Virus record (IMG/VR): IMGVR_UViG_3300029955_000003
From: an uncultured virus (IMG/VR IMGVR_UViG_3300029955_000003)
Lineage: Duplodnaviria > Heunggongvirae > Uroviricota > Caudoviricetes
Length of the DNA: 20,000 nt
Reading direction: 5' to 3' (one strand)
Under the pieces are notes generated by a model, which worked only from the letters and a program-made list of their open reading frames with translations, did no database searches and was not told where the DNA came from. A program made the translations under genes and the position numbers. This document shows positions 1-7,186 of the stretch, piece by piece. The stretch's first letter is position 1, and each line of letters opens with the position of its first letter.

Positions 1-227
1 GGAAATTTACGATCTAACGTCTCTTTAATCTGTTTAAGATCGGTTCTTATCTCGATGATAATATCGTGATCTACTTCTAGCTTATCCACACGTACCTTTA
101 GTACAGAGATATTCGCAGCATTAGTTTGAATATCATTCTTTAAAGAGAACGCAAAGCCGGTTAATCCTACGATAGTAGTAAGAATTAATAGTATTGGTTG
201 AATGTTGTCATGAAATGCTTTTAACAT
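1..227 (-). CDS. Small membrane-anchored coiled-coil protein (possible holin/XhlA-like or virion protein), runs off the left edge
   Basis: Not in the ORF track because it is open at the edge. Hand translation from ATG at 227: MLKAFHDNIQPILLILTTIVGLTGFAFSLKNDIQTNAANISVLKVRVDKLEVDHDIIIEIRTDLKQIKETLDRKF..., with no stop. One N-terminal hydrophobic helix, then a heptad-like segment. SD GGAG at 240-237. Confidence 0.75.
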   Translation of the reverse strand, partial: MLKAFHDNIQPILLILTTIVGLTGFAFSLKNDIQTNAANISVLKVRVDKLEVDHDIIIEIRTDLKQIKETLDRKF

Positions 228-253
228 AGCAGTTTACTCCAAGTTATATAAAT

Positions 254-259
254 TATTTA
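254..259 (-). promoter_or_regulatory. Putative T4-type late promoter (TAAATA) for the minus-strand gene
   Basis: TATTTA at 254-259 reads TAAATA on the minus strand, 13 nt upstream of the SD. It lies within the inverted repeat AAGTTATA(241-248)/TATAACTT(258-265). Confidence 0.5.
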
Positions 260-308
260 TAACTTAATGGTATTATTCAATATTTTATAAGTGATATAAA
301 TTTTAAGT

Positions 309-337
309 GTTGACTTCGGATCGGGGTTATACTAAAT
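309..337 (+). promoter_or_regulatory. Putative host sigma70-type promoter of the NAD operon
   Basis: GTTGAC(309-314)-N17-CTAAAT(332-337), close to the rhizobial consensus CTTGAC-N17-CTATAT. It also contains TAAATA (333-338). Confidence 0.6.
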
Positions 338-347
338 ATGAGCATAA
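327..347. promoter_or_regulatory. NadQ-like operator (21-bp imperfect palindrome) overlapping the -10 element
   Basis: TTATACTA-AATAT-GAGCATAA, flanked by GG/CC. One mismatch to the NadQ consensus as I recall it (TTATRCTC-N5-GAGYATAA), and directly upstream of NAD genes. Confidence 0.55.
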
Positions 348-393
348 CCACACAGGAGTTGTGTAGGTTCACATACACTAAAGGAGTTTTAGT
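346..393 (+). promoter_or_regulatory. 5' leader: GGAGU-loop hairpin plus RBS AAGGAGTTTTAGT
   Basis: Stem AACC-ACACA(346-354)/TGTGT-a-GGTT(360-369) with loop GGAGT(355-359). The 13-mer at 381-393 is identical to the one upstream of nadV. Confidence 0.55.
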
Positions 394-1482
394 ATGACAA
401 AAAAGTACAACTATGTGCTATTTCACGGCAGATTGCAGTTTCCCCATAAGGGACATAAACACAACATTGAAACAGCGCTTGAATTATCCGAAGTGGTAAT
501 GATCGGTATTGGTTCACCCAATAGAGCCAGTTCCCCCCGAAATCCTCTTTATGCGGAGGAACGTATTGAAGTTCTTACTAGAATGTTTCCACAAGAGGTA
601 GCTGACGGGCGCATACATTTTCTACCAATCCCTGATATTACTTATAACGATCAGGCGTGGGTTATCAACACGCGGAAAATTATAACTAATTTTATTTTGG
701 ATCATGGAAACGCATATGGATTTCAAAATCATGGGTTGAAAGATTTCAACATTGGAATCATTGGTTATGAAAAAGATGCTTCATCTTCATACCTGAGAAT
801 GTTCCATGGGTGGGATTTGATCAGCTTGCCATCGCAGCACGGGACATTCAATTCAACGGAAATACGTGATAATTATTTTCAGCGGACTCCTATCTTTCCA
901 GAACGGGTATGCCCGGTTGAAGTTGTCGATTATATGGAAAAATTCATGTATACCGATAAGTTCAAATGGTTGTTGGGTGAAGCCGAATATTACCGGGATT
1001 ATAAGAAAAGTTGGGAACATTCCCCCTATCCTGTTATTATTCCTTGCGTAGACGCGGTATGTGTTCAAAATGGACAAATCCTTTTGGTAACAAGAGGCAA
1101 ACGTCCCGGTTTAGGCTTGCTTGCACTTCCGGGAGGGCATGTCAATCCTGACGAAACATTCCGTAATGCTATTATTAGGGAACTGCGGGAGGAAACTGAA
1201 ATAGAGGATAATAGAGGAAAAATGCCGCCAGCAGTTTTGGGAGCATATATTGAAGATAAGATGACTAGACTTTTCGATGATCCGTGGCGTTCTGAAAAAG
1301 GGCGAGTCACCACCAATGCTTATAAGTTTACTTTCCCTGATAGGGACGAACCTTTCAAAGTGCTTGGTGCAGATGATGCGGAATTTGCACAGTGGTATCC
1401 GTTGGATTCTCTGGATGCTAGAGATTTCTTCGACGACCACGCCCATATCATTAGAGAAATGACCGGCGTTAATATTGATTGA
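394..1482 (+). CDS. nadM: Bifunctional NMN adenylyltransferase / ADP-ribose pyrophosphatase (NadM-Nudix, NatV-like)
   Basis: N-terminal GRxQxxHKGH nucleotidyltransferase motif, IGS...RNPL..EER and NSTEIR. C-terminal Nudix box GGHVNPDETFRNAIIRELREET, followed by GADDA and FDDH. Strong SD. Confidence 0.93.
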   Translation: MTKKYNYVLFHGRLQFPHKGHKHNIETALELSEVVMIGIGSPNRASSPRNPLYAEERIEVLTRMFPQEVADGRIHFLPIPDITYNDQAWVINTRKIITNFILDHGNAYGFQNHGLKDFNIGIIGYEKDASSSYLRMFHGWDLISLPSQHGTFNSTEIRDNYFQRTPIFPERVCPVEVVDYMEKFMYTDKFKWLLGEAEYYRDYKKSWEHSPYPVIIPCVDAVCVQNGQILLVTRGKRPGLGLLALPGGHVNPDETFRNAIIRELREETEIEDNRGKMPPAVLGAYIEDKMTRLFDDPWRSEKGRVTTNAYKFTFPDRDEPFKVLGADDAEFAQWYPLDSLDARDFFDDHAHIIREMTGVNID

Positions 1483-1488
1483 AAACTA

Positions 1489-1520
1489 ATACTTGACTAT
1501 GAGCTTATAGTCAAGTATCC
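1489..1520. promoter_or_regulatory. 30-bp near-perfect palindrome overlapping a putative internal promoter (CTTGAC-N17-GTATCC)
   Basis: ATACTTGACTAT(1489-1500) gAGCTt ATAGTCAAGTAT(1507-1518). CTTGAC at 1492-1497. No U-tract follows. Confidence 0.55.
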
Positions 1521-1535
1521 CATTACCTAAACCCT

Positions 1536-1580
1536 GTGTAGGGGAGTCCTACACTTATAGAAAACTGAAGGAGTTTTAGT
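1536..1580 (+). promoter_or_regulatory. 5' leader: GGAGU-loop hairpin plus RBS AAGGAGTTTTAGT
   Basis: Stem GTGTAGG(1536-1542)/CCTACAC(1548-1554) with loop GGAGT(1543-1547). RBS 13-mer at 1568-1580. Confidence 0.55.
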
Positions 1581-1581
1581 T

Positions 1582-3051
1582 ATGAAACATTTTGTAAGAT
1601 TTAATCCGCGCAACCCTTGTTTAATGGCGGATGGTTATAAATTTTCACATGCCGCAGCGGGCGCTGTGCATAAGTGGGGACAATATCCCCCACACACTGA
1701 GCGGCAATTCAGCTATATCGAGGCGCGCGTCGGTTCTAAATTTAGCGAGGGCGTCTTTTTTGGTCTTCAATATTTTCTTAAAGAATATATGACCGTTCGT
1801 ATAACGAAGAAAGATGTCGAGGAAGCCGAGTATTTTTGTAAGCTTTATGGTGTTCCGTTTGATACGGAAAAGTTCATGGACATTGTGAATCGCACTGACG
1901 GATATTGGGATGTCACCATTGAGGCGATTCCCGAAGGATCGGTCGTTCCCAAATCCAATGTGCAGGTTCAAATCTATAACAATAGTCCAGAAAGTTTTTG
2001 GCAACCATCGTTCCTCGAAACGGTTTTGCAACGCGCCGTGTGGTACGGGAGTACCGTTGCGACTCTTTCGCGTGAAGCTAAAAAGGTTATCAGGCGCGGT
2101 CTGGAAATCTCGGCAGATAACTTAGATGGTTTGCCGTGGAAGCTTCATGATTTCGGTGCGCGTGGCGTTTCTTGCCATGAACAGGCGATGATCGGTGGCG
2201 CGGCGCATTTGGTTAACTTTATGGGAAGCGATACCGTTGAAGGCGTCGTGATGGCGAATTATTATTATGGTGAACAGATGGCGGCTAATACCATTGTTGC
2301 CACGGAACATTCAACTACTATTAGTTGGGGTGAGATTAGAGAACCCGATGCATTGATCAATCTTATTGATCAATTTGGCGACAAATATAAAATTATCGCC
2401 AGTGTTGCAGACAGCTTTGATTTCTTTCGCGTGGTGGAAGAATATTGGGGTGAAAGGCTGCTACAGCGAGTGAAGGATTGGGGCGGCACGATTGTAGTCC
2501 GTCCTGATAGTGGCGACGCCACGACTATTCCTGTTGAGGGCATAGATCGTCTTATGAAGAAAGTTGGACACACTTTAAACACGAAACGGTTTAGATTACT
2601 GCCTAACTATTTCAGGTTTGTTCAAGGTGATGGAATGAATTTGGAATCGGTTGAGCAATTGGATAACAATCTTATTGCGGCGGGCATCAGCACTGATAAC
2701 CTTACTCGTGGTATGGGCGGCGGTCTTCTTATGAAGGTTGATCGTGACACCATGCATTATGCGCAGAAGCCGGGACTTATTGAAATCCGCAATCCTGATG
2801 GAACCATCGAGTATCGCGAAATCCGTAAGACCCCCAAGACCGATACCGGCAAGACTTCTAAAGGCGGTCGTCTTGCCCTTATCGAAAGTTGTGGCATTGG
2901 TTCAAGCACCATCGAAACTATCAAATATGATGATTTGAATGGTCGCAGGAATTTACTTCGTCCGGTTTGGAAAACTGGCGAACTATTGATAGATTCTACC
3001 TTCGCACAAGTTAGAGAGAATGCTAAGCTTGACTATCACTACGCAGCGTAA
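1582..3051 (+). CDS. nadV: Nicotinamide phosphoribosyltransferase (NadV/Nampt family)
   Basis: Motifs DGYKxSH..QYPP, SYIEAR, FFGLQY, LHDFGARG, AHLVNFMGSDT, ATEHS, VRPDSGD, QGDG, GMGGGLL..VDRDT and K.PKTD.GK.SK.G. Confidence 0.93.
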   Translation: MKHFVRFNPRNPCLMADGYKFSHAAAGAVHKWGQYPPHTERQFSYIEARVGSKFSEGVFFGLQYFLKEYMTVRITKKDVEEAEYFCKLYGVPFDTEKFMDIVNRTDGYWDVTIEAIPEGSVVPKSNVQVQIYNNSPESFWQPSFLETVLQRAVWYGSTVATLSREAKKVIRRGLEISADNLDGLPWKLHDFGARGVSCHEQAMIGGAAHLVNFMGSDTVEGVVMANYYYGEQMAANTIVATEHSTTISWGEIREPDALINLIDQFGDKYKIIASVADSFDFFRVVEEYWGERLLQRVKDWGGTIVVRPDSGDATTIPVEGIDRLMKKVGHTLNTKRFRLLPNYFRFVQGDGMNLESVEQLDNNLIAAGISTDNLTRGMGGGLLMKVDRDTMHYAQKPGLIEIRNPDGTIEYREIRKTPKTDTGKTSKGGRLALIESCGIGSSTIETIKYDDLNGRRNLLRPVWKTGELLIDSTFAQVRENAKLDYHYAA

Positions 3052-3057
3052 TATAGT

Positions 3058-3081
3058 GGGGGCGCAAGCCCCCCCCTTATT
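3058..3081 (+). terminator. Putative intrinsic terminator after nadV
   Basis: GGGGGC-GCAA-GCCCCC (GNRA tetraloop) followed by a weak pyrimidine tail (cccttattctt). Confidence 0.65.
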
Positions 3082-3098
3082 CTTAAAAATGAGAAGTT

Positions 3099-3614
3099 AT
3101 GTATAACGATTTTTATAAACTTTCACAGTCTGAAAATTTTAATAAAATTATAAACTCGAACGGAATTTCCGAAAGTGTTATTTTTTTAAGTGATGCTGAT
3201 AACGTTGTTTATAAATTTTATAAGAATGATCCCGCCTACTCCCGGTTCGTGAACTGGTGCGTGGGCAGGGACGACCCCCATTTGCCGGTGATCGAGTGTT
3301 TGCAAGAGACAGATGATGGGTTTTCTAAGGTTAAATTAGAGAAACTTTCTCCGATCACTGAGGATGAATTTTATGATCTTGGTTTGTTTGATCTGATTAA
3401 CTATGCGTTAGATCAGGCAGAGTATGTTGATCACTTCATTCTCCCCACGGATGAATATCTTCAAGAAATTGTTATGCGCTATCCGGGGTTTGGGAGAACG
3501 ATTGTTTCTCTTTATACGGCACTCGTAGATAAACATAATAAGATTGATTTACATTACGAGAACATTATGATGCGTAGTGGTATTCCTGTTATTATTGATC
3601 CGTTGTTACCATGA
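3099..3614 (+). CDS. Minimal Ser/Thr protein kinase-like protein, T7 gp0.7 kinase-domain family
   Basis: VYK (beta3 Lys), DPAY..FVNWC, HLPVI, LEKL, catalytic loop DLHYENIM and metal-binding IIDP. The Gly-rich loop looks degenerate (NGISESVIF). Confidence 0.75.
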   Translation: MYNDFYKLSQSENFNKIINSNGISESVIFLSDADNVVYKFYKNDPAYSRFVNWCVGRDDPHLPVIECLQETDDGFSKVKLEKLSPITEDEFYDLGLFDLINYALDQAEYVDHFILPTDEYLQEIVMRYPGFGRTIVSLYTALVDKHNKIDLHYENIMMRSGIPVIIDPLLP

Positions 3615-4186
3615 TTAAGGTCAAGAATGAGATAAAAACACGGTTAGCCAACAACGAGATACTTGATAAAAATCTTATTATTGGTTATTTTAAATTCTTT
3701 AACTACGAGTACTTGTCAGAAGGTGCGAGTAGTGTTGTATTCGAACACCCTACTAAACCTTATATTTTAAAAGTGTTTCAAAATGATGATGCATATTTTA
3801 ACTATTTTGAGTTTTGTTTGTGTAATCAGAATAACCCTTTTATCCCGAAAGTTAAACCGGTTTTATTACATGGTCCCAATTCCGGTATTGTGAAAATTGA
3901 AAAACTATTTCCTATTGACAAACGGGACCGTTTTGCATTAAAAGCAATGCAGTGGGTAGAAGCAGAGTTATATCTTGGTGATAAAATAGGATTACCGAAA
4001 TTTAATGAAGATTTATACCATAAAGAAATTGGTGAGTGGATTAAGAACAATCCAGCGTTTGTCAGTTTAGCCAAACACTTACGATCACGCACGAAAGGAA
4101 CCGGGCTACATTTTGATTTTCACGAAAGTAATATTATGAAGCGTGGGGATCAATTAGTTATTACTGATGCACTAATTCAAGGTTAA
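3611..4186 (+). CDS. Ser/Thr protein kinase-like protein, T7 gp0.7 kinase-domain family
   Basis: LSEGASSVVFEHP..PYILKV (compare T7 LGxGHFSAAYSHP...VIKV), DDAY..YFEFC, FIPKV, IEKL, FDFHESNIM and VITDA. ATGA overlap with the upstream kinase. Confidence 0.8.
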   Translation: MIKVKNEIKTRLANNEILDKNLIIGYFKFFNYEYLSEGASSVVFEHPTKPYILKVFQNDDAYFNYFEFCLCNQNNPFIPKVKPVLLHGPNSGIVKIEKLFPIDKRDRFALKAMQWVEAELYLGDKIGLPKFNEDLYHKEIGEWIKNNPAFVSLAKHLRSRTKGTGLHFDFHESNIMKRGDQLVITDALIQG

Positions 4187-4267
4187 AAGGTGAGTTATAT
4201 AAGAGTATCTTTAATACGAGTCTTAGGATCATTAAAGATTATGAGGATGAATATTTACAGGAAAATT

Positions 4268-4726
4268 ATGATGGAGACGAGTTGGATCAAGAGTGAAGGG
4301 GCTATAGTATATGATCCCCCGCGAGACACTATGAAACGGAACACCAAAAACTGGTGCATCGTTCAGACTTCGCGTGGTATTACCGGTCTTTATCGCTGGT
4401 TCCTCGACCGTAATTGGTGGGAAGTGGAAAAAAACAATGTTAAACGTGGGTACTTTGAACCCGCGTTCCCCGGTCATATTTCCATTATCCGGGGCGAACA
4501 GTTGCGGCAAAATGCCGAAGATTGGAATAAAATCTTTAAGAAAAAAGTAGCGTTTGAGTATGCAAATGACATTCGTATGACTACTCAAGACGAAAAATTT
4601 TACTATATTCCAGTAAGGTTCCCTGAATATAATGAAATCAGGAAGCACTTTGGCTTGTTGACGCACGATCCGCGCAACGGCAAGGAGTTTACAGGACATA
4701 TCACGATAGCAAAGACGTATGGATAA
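4268..4726 (+). CDS. 2H phosphoesterase superfamily protein
   Basis: Two Hx(S/T) motifs in hydrophobic context, PGHISII and TGHITIA, about 73 aa apart. Start moved from GTG 4190 to ATG 4268/4271 because of the CAGGA SD at 4258-4262. Confidence 0.72.
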   Translation: MMETSWIKSEGAIVYDPPRDTMKRNTKNWCIVQTSRGITGLYRWFLDRNWWEVEKNNVKRGYFEPAFPGHISIIRGEQLRQNAEDWNKIFKKKVAFEYANDIRMTTQDEKFYYIPVRFPEYNEIRKHFGLLTHDPRNGKEFTGHITIAKTYG

Positions 4727-5723
4727 TATACCAAGTTTATTTGAGCAGTTATTCGTTGCAAGGAAACATTATAGAGCGCGCGGGTGGATCAATATAGATT
4801 GTCCTGAGTGCGGAGATACGCGCCAGCGTTGTGGGTTCAAACGAACTGACAACGCTGGTTTTCTTGTTTCTTGCTTAAATGGCGGCTGCGCACTTAATGT
4901 GGAAAGCGCTGGCTGGACGCCGGGATATTTCTTTAGTGGTCGATTGAAAAAGTTGTATAGCGATTTGGGTGGTGACATTAGAGAGCTACCGCTTAAAGAT
5001 ATGGCATTCCAAAATAGAAAAATAATTCATGATAAGAATGGTAATGTTATTGGGCAAGAACAATTAGAGATTGTCACCAACTTTCCAGAAATAGAGTTGC
5101 CGGAACGCGCCATCCCGCTGCTCGATGCCGCGGAAAAAAACCACGATGCGTTGGAAGTCTTTGAATATTTGATTGATCGTTGGGCTGACTATCCAAAATA
5201 TTACAACTTCTATTGGTCACCTAAATGGAGAAATAATCTTATCATTCCGTTTTTTCATAAAGAAAAAGTAGTTGGTTATGCCAGCCGTAATATTAAGATA
5301 AAAACCGGTAAAGGTCGGTACTATCAAACATGTGCTGCGGACTTTATGTTCAATCAAGATAAAATTTTTAACAATGATGAGGGTGTAGCAATTGTAGTTG
5401 AATCACCGTTAGACGCTATTGCATTAGATTGTTATGCATCTAAAGCGTCCCATCTAACAAAGAAACAAATAAACCTATTAAACGCGTCAGGTAAAGAAAT
5501 AATTTTAGTACCTGACCATCGCATAAAAGAATATGAATCCTTTCTTAATATTGCGATTGATAACAATTGGTCATTAGCTGTTCCTGATTGGGGTAGTTCA
5601 TTATTAGATGCGGGAGATTCTATCAAAAAGAATGGTGCGTTGTTCACCTTGGATATCATTGTCACATCAGCTTCAAAGAACTATATACGAAGTAGGAGTT
5701 CTTTGAAATTAAAAGCACAATGA
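4719..5723 (+). CDS. DNA primase (T4 gp61/DnaG-like)
   Basis: N-terminal Zn finger CPECGD...SCLNGGC, LIIPFF...VGYASR, and TOPRIM motifs VVESPLDA and LVPD. Adjacent to the helicase. Confidence 0.88.
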   Translation: MDNIPSLFEQLFVARKHYRARGWINIDCPECGDTRQRCGFKRTDNAGFLVSCLNGGCALNVESAGWTPGYFFSGRLKKLYSDLGGDIRELPLKDMAFQNRKIIHDKNGNVIGQEQLEIVTNFPEIELPERAIPLLDAAEKNHDALEVFEYLIDRWADYPKYYNFYWSPKWRNNLIIPFFHKEKVVGYASRNIKIKTGKGRYYQTCAADFMFNQDKIFNNDEGVAIVVESPLDAIALDCYASKASHLTKKQINLLNASGKEIILVPDHRIKEYESFLNIAIDNNWSLAVPDWGSSLLDAGDSIKKNGALFTLDIIVTSASKNYIRSRSSLKLKAQ

Positions 5724-7186
5724 CAGCAGCCGTACACGCAAAATCACCAGAAATCGATTTAGATCAGATTCCAGAGCATGATCCCGTTGAAATTGATCAG
5801 TTTATCATGCTTTCGAGCATGGTTGCGAATCCCGATATCTTGAGAAAATGTCAACCCATATTAAAGAAGGAATATTTCACAAGGGAATATCAGAAAGCTT
5901 ACGAGTTTATTAATAAATTTCTGTTAGAAATGAATCGCGCCCCCACTAGGAATATAGTATGGAGCGAGACAGGCGTTAAGCTTGACCCTGCCGAGGATTA
6001 CCGCGATGCAGAAATTGCTGATTACATGGTAACATCTATTGTTGATCATTGTCGGCATTCGCAGTTAATAGATTTTCTAAATGATTCTTCTGAACAGATT
6101 AATAAACTTCGGCAGTCACAAACTGCGATTGATCGTGGCACATTATCGTCCTTTATGAAGACAATTGAGACTATTTCAAATACCAGCGTTCAACAGAACC
6201 TTGGATATGAATTTCATAAAGACGTTGAAACCTTGATAGAAATGTCAAAGTCTCACGATGGGGTAGCGACAGGTTTAGATTTTCTAGATGAAGTTCTTGA
6301 AGGGGGTGTTACACAACCGAGTGTTAATGTCGTGTCGGCTGCTTCTGGACATGGTAAATCGGTATTCTTACAGAATATGGCAATTTATCAATTAAGAAGA
6401 GGCAAGAACGTTATATATTTCTCCCTTGAGCTTCAACCGGAAATGTTGGCAAAGCGTTTCGCCGCTATGATGACTGACACGGCAATGGGTAAAATTTATA
6501 CCGAGGTCGATTCGGTTGTTTATCAGGTTCACCGTAATGGGAAAAAAGAAGGCAAACTGCGTATTGTAAAATACAATATGTCTGGTACTACCGTAGCCGA
6601 CTTGAGAAACTATCATAAAGAAGTTAGTGAGCATGATGGAGTTTTATATGATGTAGTTTGCGCCGATTACATGGATTTGTTTTGGGCGATGCGACCGGGA
6701 ATACAGGCTGATAATGTATCTGCCAAAGATAAAGCTGTTTCCGAAGAAATGAACGATTTTGCTCATGACAAATATTGCAAGAAAGTGATTTGGACGGCAT
6801 CACAAATGACCAAGGGTCAGGATGAAGAAAAGGCAACCGGGCAAGGACGTGTGGCGGGCGGTAAATCTAAAGTTGACGCCGCCGATAACCTATTCATATT
6901 AAAGCGTACTATAGAAGACAAACAGGAAGAACGCATATGGTTGCATATATCTAAGGCGCGATCTTCTAGAGCAGAAGGTGCTTCGATCCCGCTGCACTGG
7001 AATCCTGCTACTTTACGAATAGGGAATGGTGATAGAAGCCTGTTAATGGAAGCAAATCCATTTCTTTATGGTAAAGTTGAAAAACCAAAAGAAAATGTTG
7101 AAGGTAATGTTGCCGCCGCCGAAAATAAAACCATAACTACTATTAGAAGTAGACTAGCTCAAAACAAGGAAGCAAAGAATGGCTGA
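5720..7186 (+). CDS. DnaB-like replicative helicase (T4 gp41-like)
   Basis: TG..FLD..L.GG, Walker A AASGHGKS, YFSLEL, Walker B VCADYMD, WTASQ and KAR. Confidence 0.92.
   Translation: MTAAVHAKSPEIDLDQIPEHDPVEIDQFIMLSSMVANPDILRKCQPILKKEYFTREYQKAYEFINKFLLEMNRAPTRNIVWSETGVKLDPAEDYRDAEIADYMVTSIVDHCRHSQLIDFLNDSSEQINKLRQSQTAIDRGTLSSFMKTIETISNTSVQQNLGYEFHKDVETLIEMSKSHDGVATGLDFLDEVLEGGVTQPSVNVVSAASGHGKSVFLQNMAIYQLRRGKNVIYFSLELQPEMLAKRFAAMMTDTAMGKIYTEVDSVVYQVHRNGKKEGKLRIVKYNMSGTTVADLRNYHKEVSEHDGVLYDVVCADYMDLFWAMRPGIQADNVSAKDKAVSEEMNDFAHDKYCKKVIWTASQMTKGQDEEKATGQGRVAGGKSKVDAADNLFILKRTIEDKQEERIWLHISKARSSRAEGASIPLHWNPATLRIGNGDRSLLMEANPFLYGKVEKPKENVEGNVAAAENKTITTIRSRLAQNKEAKNG

Noticed and set aside
310..333. 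TTGACT...TATACT as an E. coli-type promoter
   Set aside because: The spacer is only 12 nt. The 17-nt spaced CTAAAT is the plausible -10.
360..379. GTGT...ACAC dyads (here and at 1536-1554) as NrtR operators
   Set aside because: NrtR sites have a GT-N7-AC core. The spacing here is 10 and 11 nt and differs between the copies, which fits RNA hairpins better.
1487..1508. Second NadQ-like site before nadV (TAATACTT...GAGCTTAT)
   Set aside because: Several mismatches and a 6-nt rather than 5-nt spacer.
4190..4267. N-terminal extension of the 2H gene from GTG 4190, and the inverted repeat ATCTTTAAT(4207-4215)/ATTAAAGAT(4231-4239)
   Set aside because: A better SD supports a start at 4268/4271. The repeat is AT-rich with a 15-nt loop and could be chance.
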